Below, piece after piece: positions 63,320 through 64,000 of a stretch of 64,000 nucleotides of DNA. Both the position numbers and the translations under genes were made by a program. The notes under the pieces are model-generated. The model made no database searches. It was given only the letters and a program-made list of their open reading frames with translations, and was not told the DNA's origin. This DNA is from Phallusia mammillata (Eukaryota): assembly GCA_965637545.1 (NCBI GenBank), contig OZ281501.1, positions 15,128,001 through 15,192,000 of the forward strand. Direction: 5' to 3'. Positions within the stretch are counted from its first letter, which is position 1. Every line of letters begins with the position of its first letter.

Positions 63320-64000
63320 ATGGCTACTAAAATGGACACTATTATTTCTGCCCTCGACCGTGACGAACTCGATCACGTGATGGCGGTGCTCAACCGTGAC
63401 CGAGGCTTGCGTGACCGGGACCAGGAGAGGTTGGTTCGACTCAGAATGGACCTGGTCCGGGAAAAACGCAATGGGGCTTTAGTCGTGGGGCAGAATTATC
63501 ACCGCGACCCAAATTCTCGCTGCGCGCGTTGCCTGGGTGCTTTGGACCTATACGACCGGTGGGATAAACAAAAGGCGAGATGTTTTCTATGCAAACATCT
63601 CATCTGCAAAAAGTGTCGTGTTACAAAATGGAGGACGGAGTGGGAAGAGACGAGCGCCTTGATGCACGAAAAGGAGAATAAAAGAGAAATAGTTACGTCG
63701 AGTGCTCCTGTTTCTCCTGCAAGGAGCTTGGATAGACCGATCATAAAATCGGTTGCGGACGCCATGACTCAAACTGAAGTTAGCTGTGGCCCACTACAGA
63801 CGAACTGCCCTCTATGTGGTGAAATAAGAGAGGCTACCCCAGAAAAAAGCAAGCGGAAATCTACTACTGGTAGAAGGTCAATAGAAAAGTCTACGAAGAA
63901 AAAGAAAAAATCGAGCAGGTCAAAACAAAACGATAAGACGAACGTTGCTGTATCTCAAAGCAGAAGGAGTAAAACGCCGAAGGAAAATGCCAATTCGCTT
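63320..64000 (+). CDS. ORF open to window end with N-terminal Slp-homology/Rab-binding (FYVE_2-type) zinc-finger domain, then Ser/Lys/Arg-rich region
   Basis: Hand translation: MATKMDTIISALDRDELDHVMAVLNRDRGLRDRDQERLVRLRMDLVREKRNGALVVGQNYHRDPNSRCARCLGALDLYDRWDKQKARCFLCKHLICKKCRVTKWRTEW...; matches the SHD pattern L..EE...+L.VL.RD..LR..+..R+..L plus CxxC pairs of SYTL4/5, rabphilin, melanophilin; 227 codons, no stop; in-frame TAA at 63260 upstream. Confidence 0.8.
   Translation, partial: MATKMDTIISALDRDELDHVMAVLNRDRGLRDRDQERLVRLRMDLVREKRNGALVVGQNYHRDPNSRCARCLGALDLYDRWDKQKARCFLCKHLICKKCRVTKWRTEWEETSALMHEKENKREIVTSSAPVSPARSLDRPIIKSVADAMTQTEVSCGPLQTNCPLCGEIREATPEKSKRKSTTGRRSIEKSTKKKKKSSRSKQNDKTNVAVSQSRRSKTPKENANSL

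Noticed and set aside
63499-63772. Two minus-strand ORFs in track
   Set aside because: Antisense shadows of the Rab-binding-domain ORF on plus.

Overview
AT-rich eukaryotic (animal) genomic window; the chordate-type gene with abundant CpG and mostly compact introns suggests an invertebrate chordate such as an ascidian (inference). It is dominated by a + strand multi-exon gene for a long myosin light chain kinase (MYLK/MLCK) homologue. I could thread 32 coding exons (4866..55291) through GT-AG sites with every intron phase consistent, giving 5572 nt (about 1857 aa): a Cys-rich leader, 12 I-set Ig domains, six DFRxx(x)L/I actin-binding repeats and a 13th Ig domain. The expected Ig-Fn3-kinase-Ig tail is not in the window. 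Introns carry candidate alternative first exons (notably a hydrophobic Cys-rich plus polybasic leader just before the second DFRxxL repeat), hAT and Tc1/mariner-type MITEs, and a dispersed, often inverted-duplicated repeat with hammerhead-ribozyme cores (Penelope-like). At the right edge an ORF absent from the supplied track (63320..>64000, 227 codons, no stop) encodes a Slp-homology/Rab-binding zinc-finger domain, on the same strand and lying where the MYLK kinase exons would be expected to follow. No rRNA, tRNA or CRISPR array was found.
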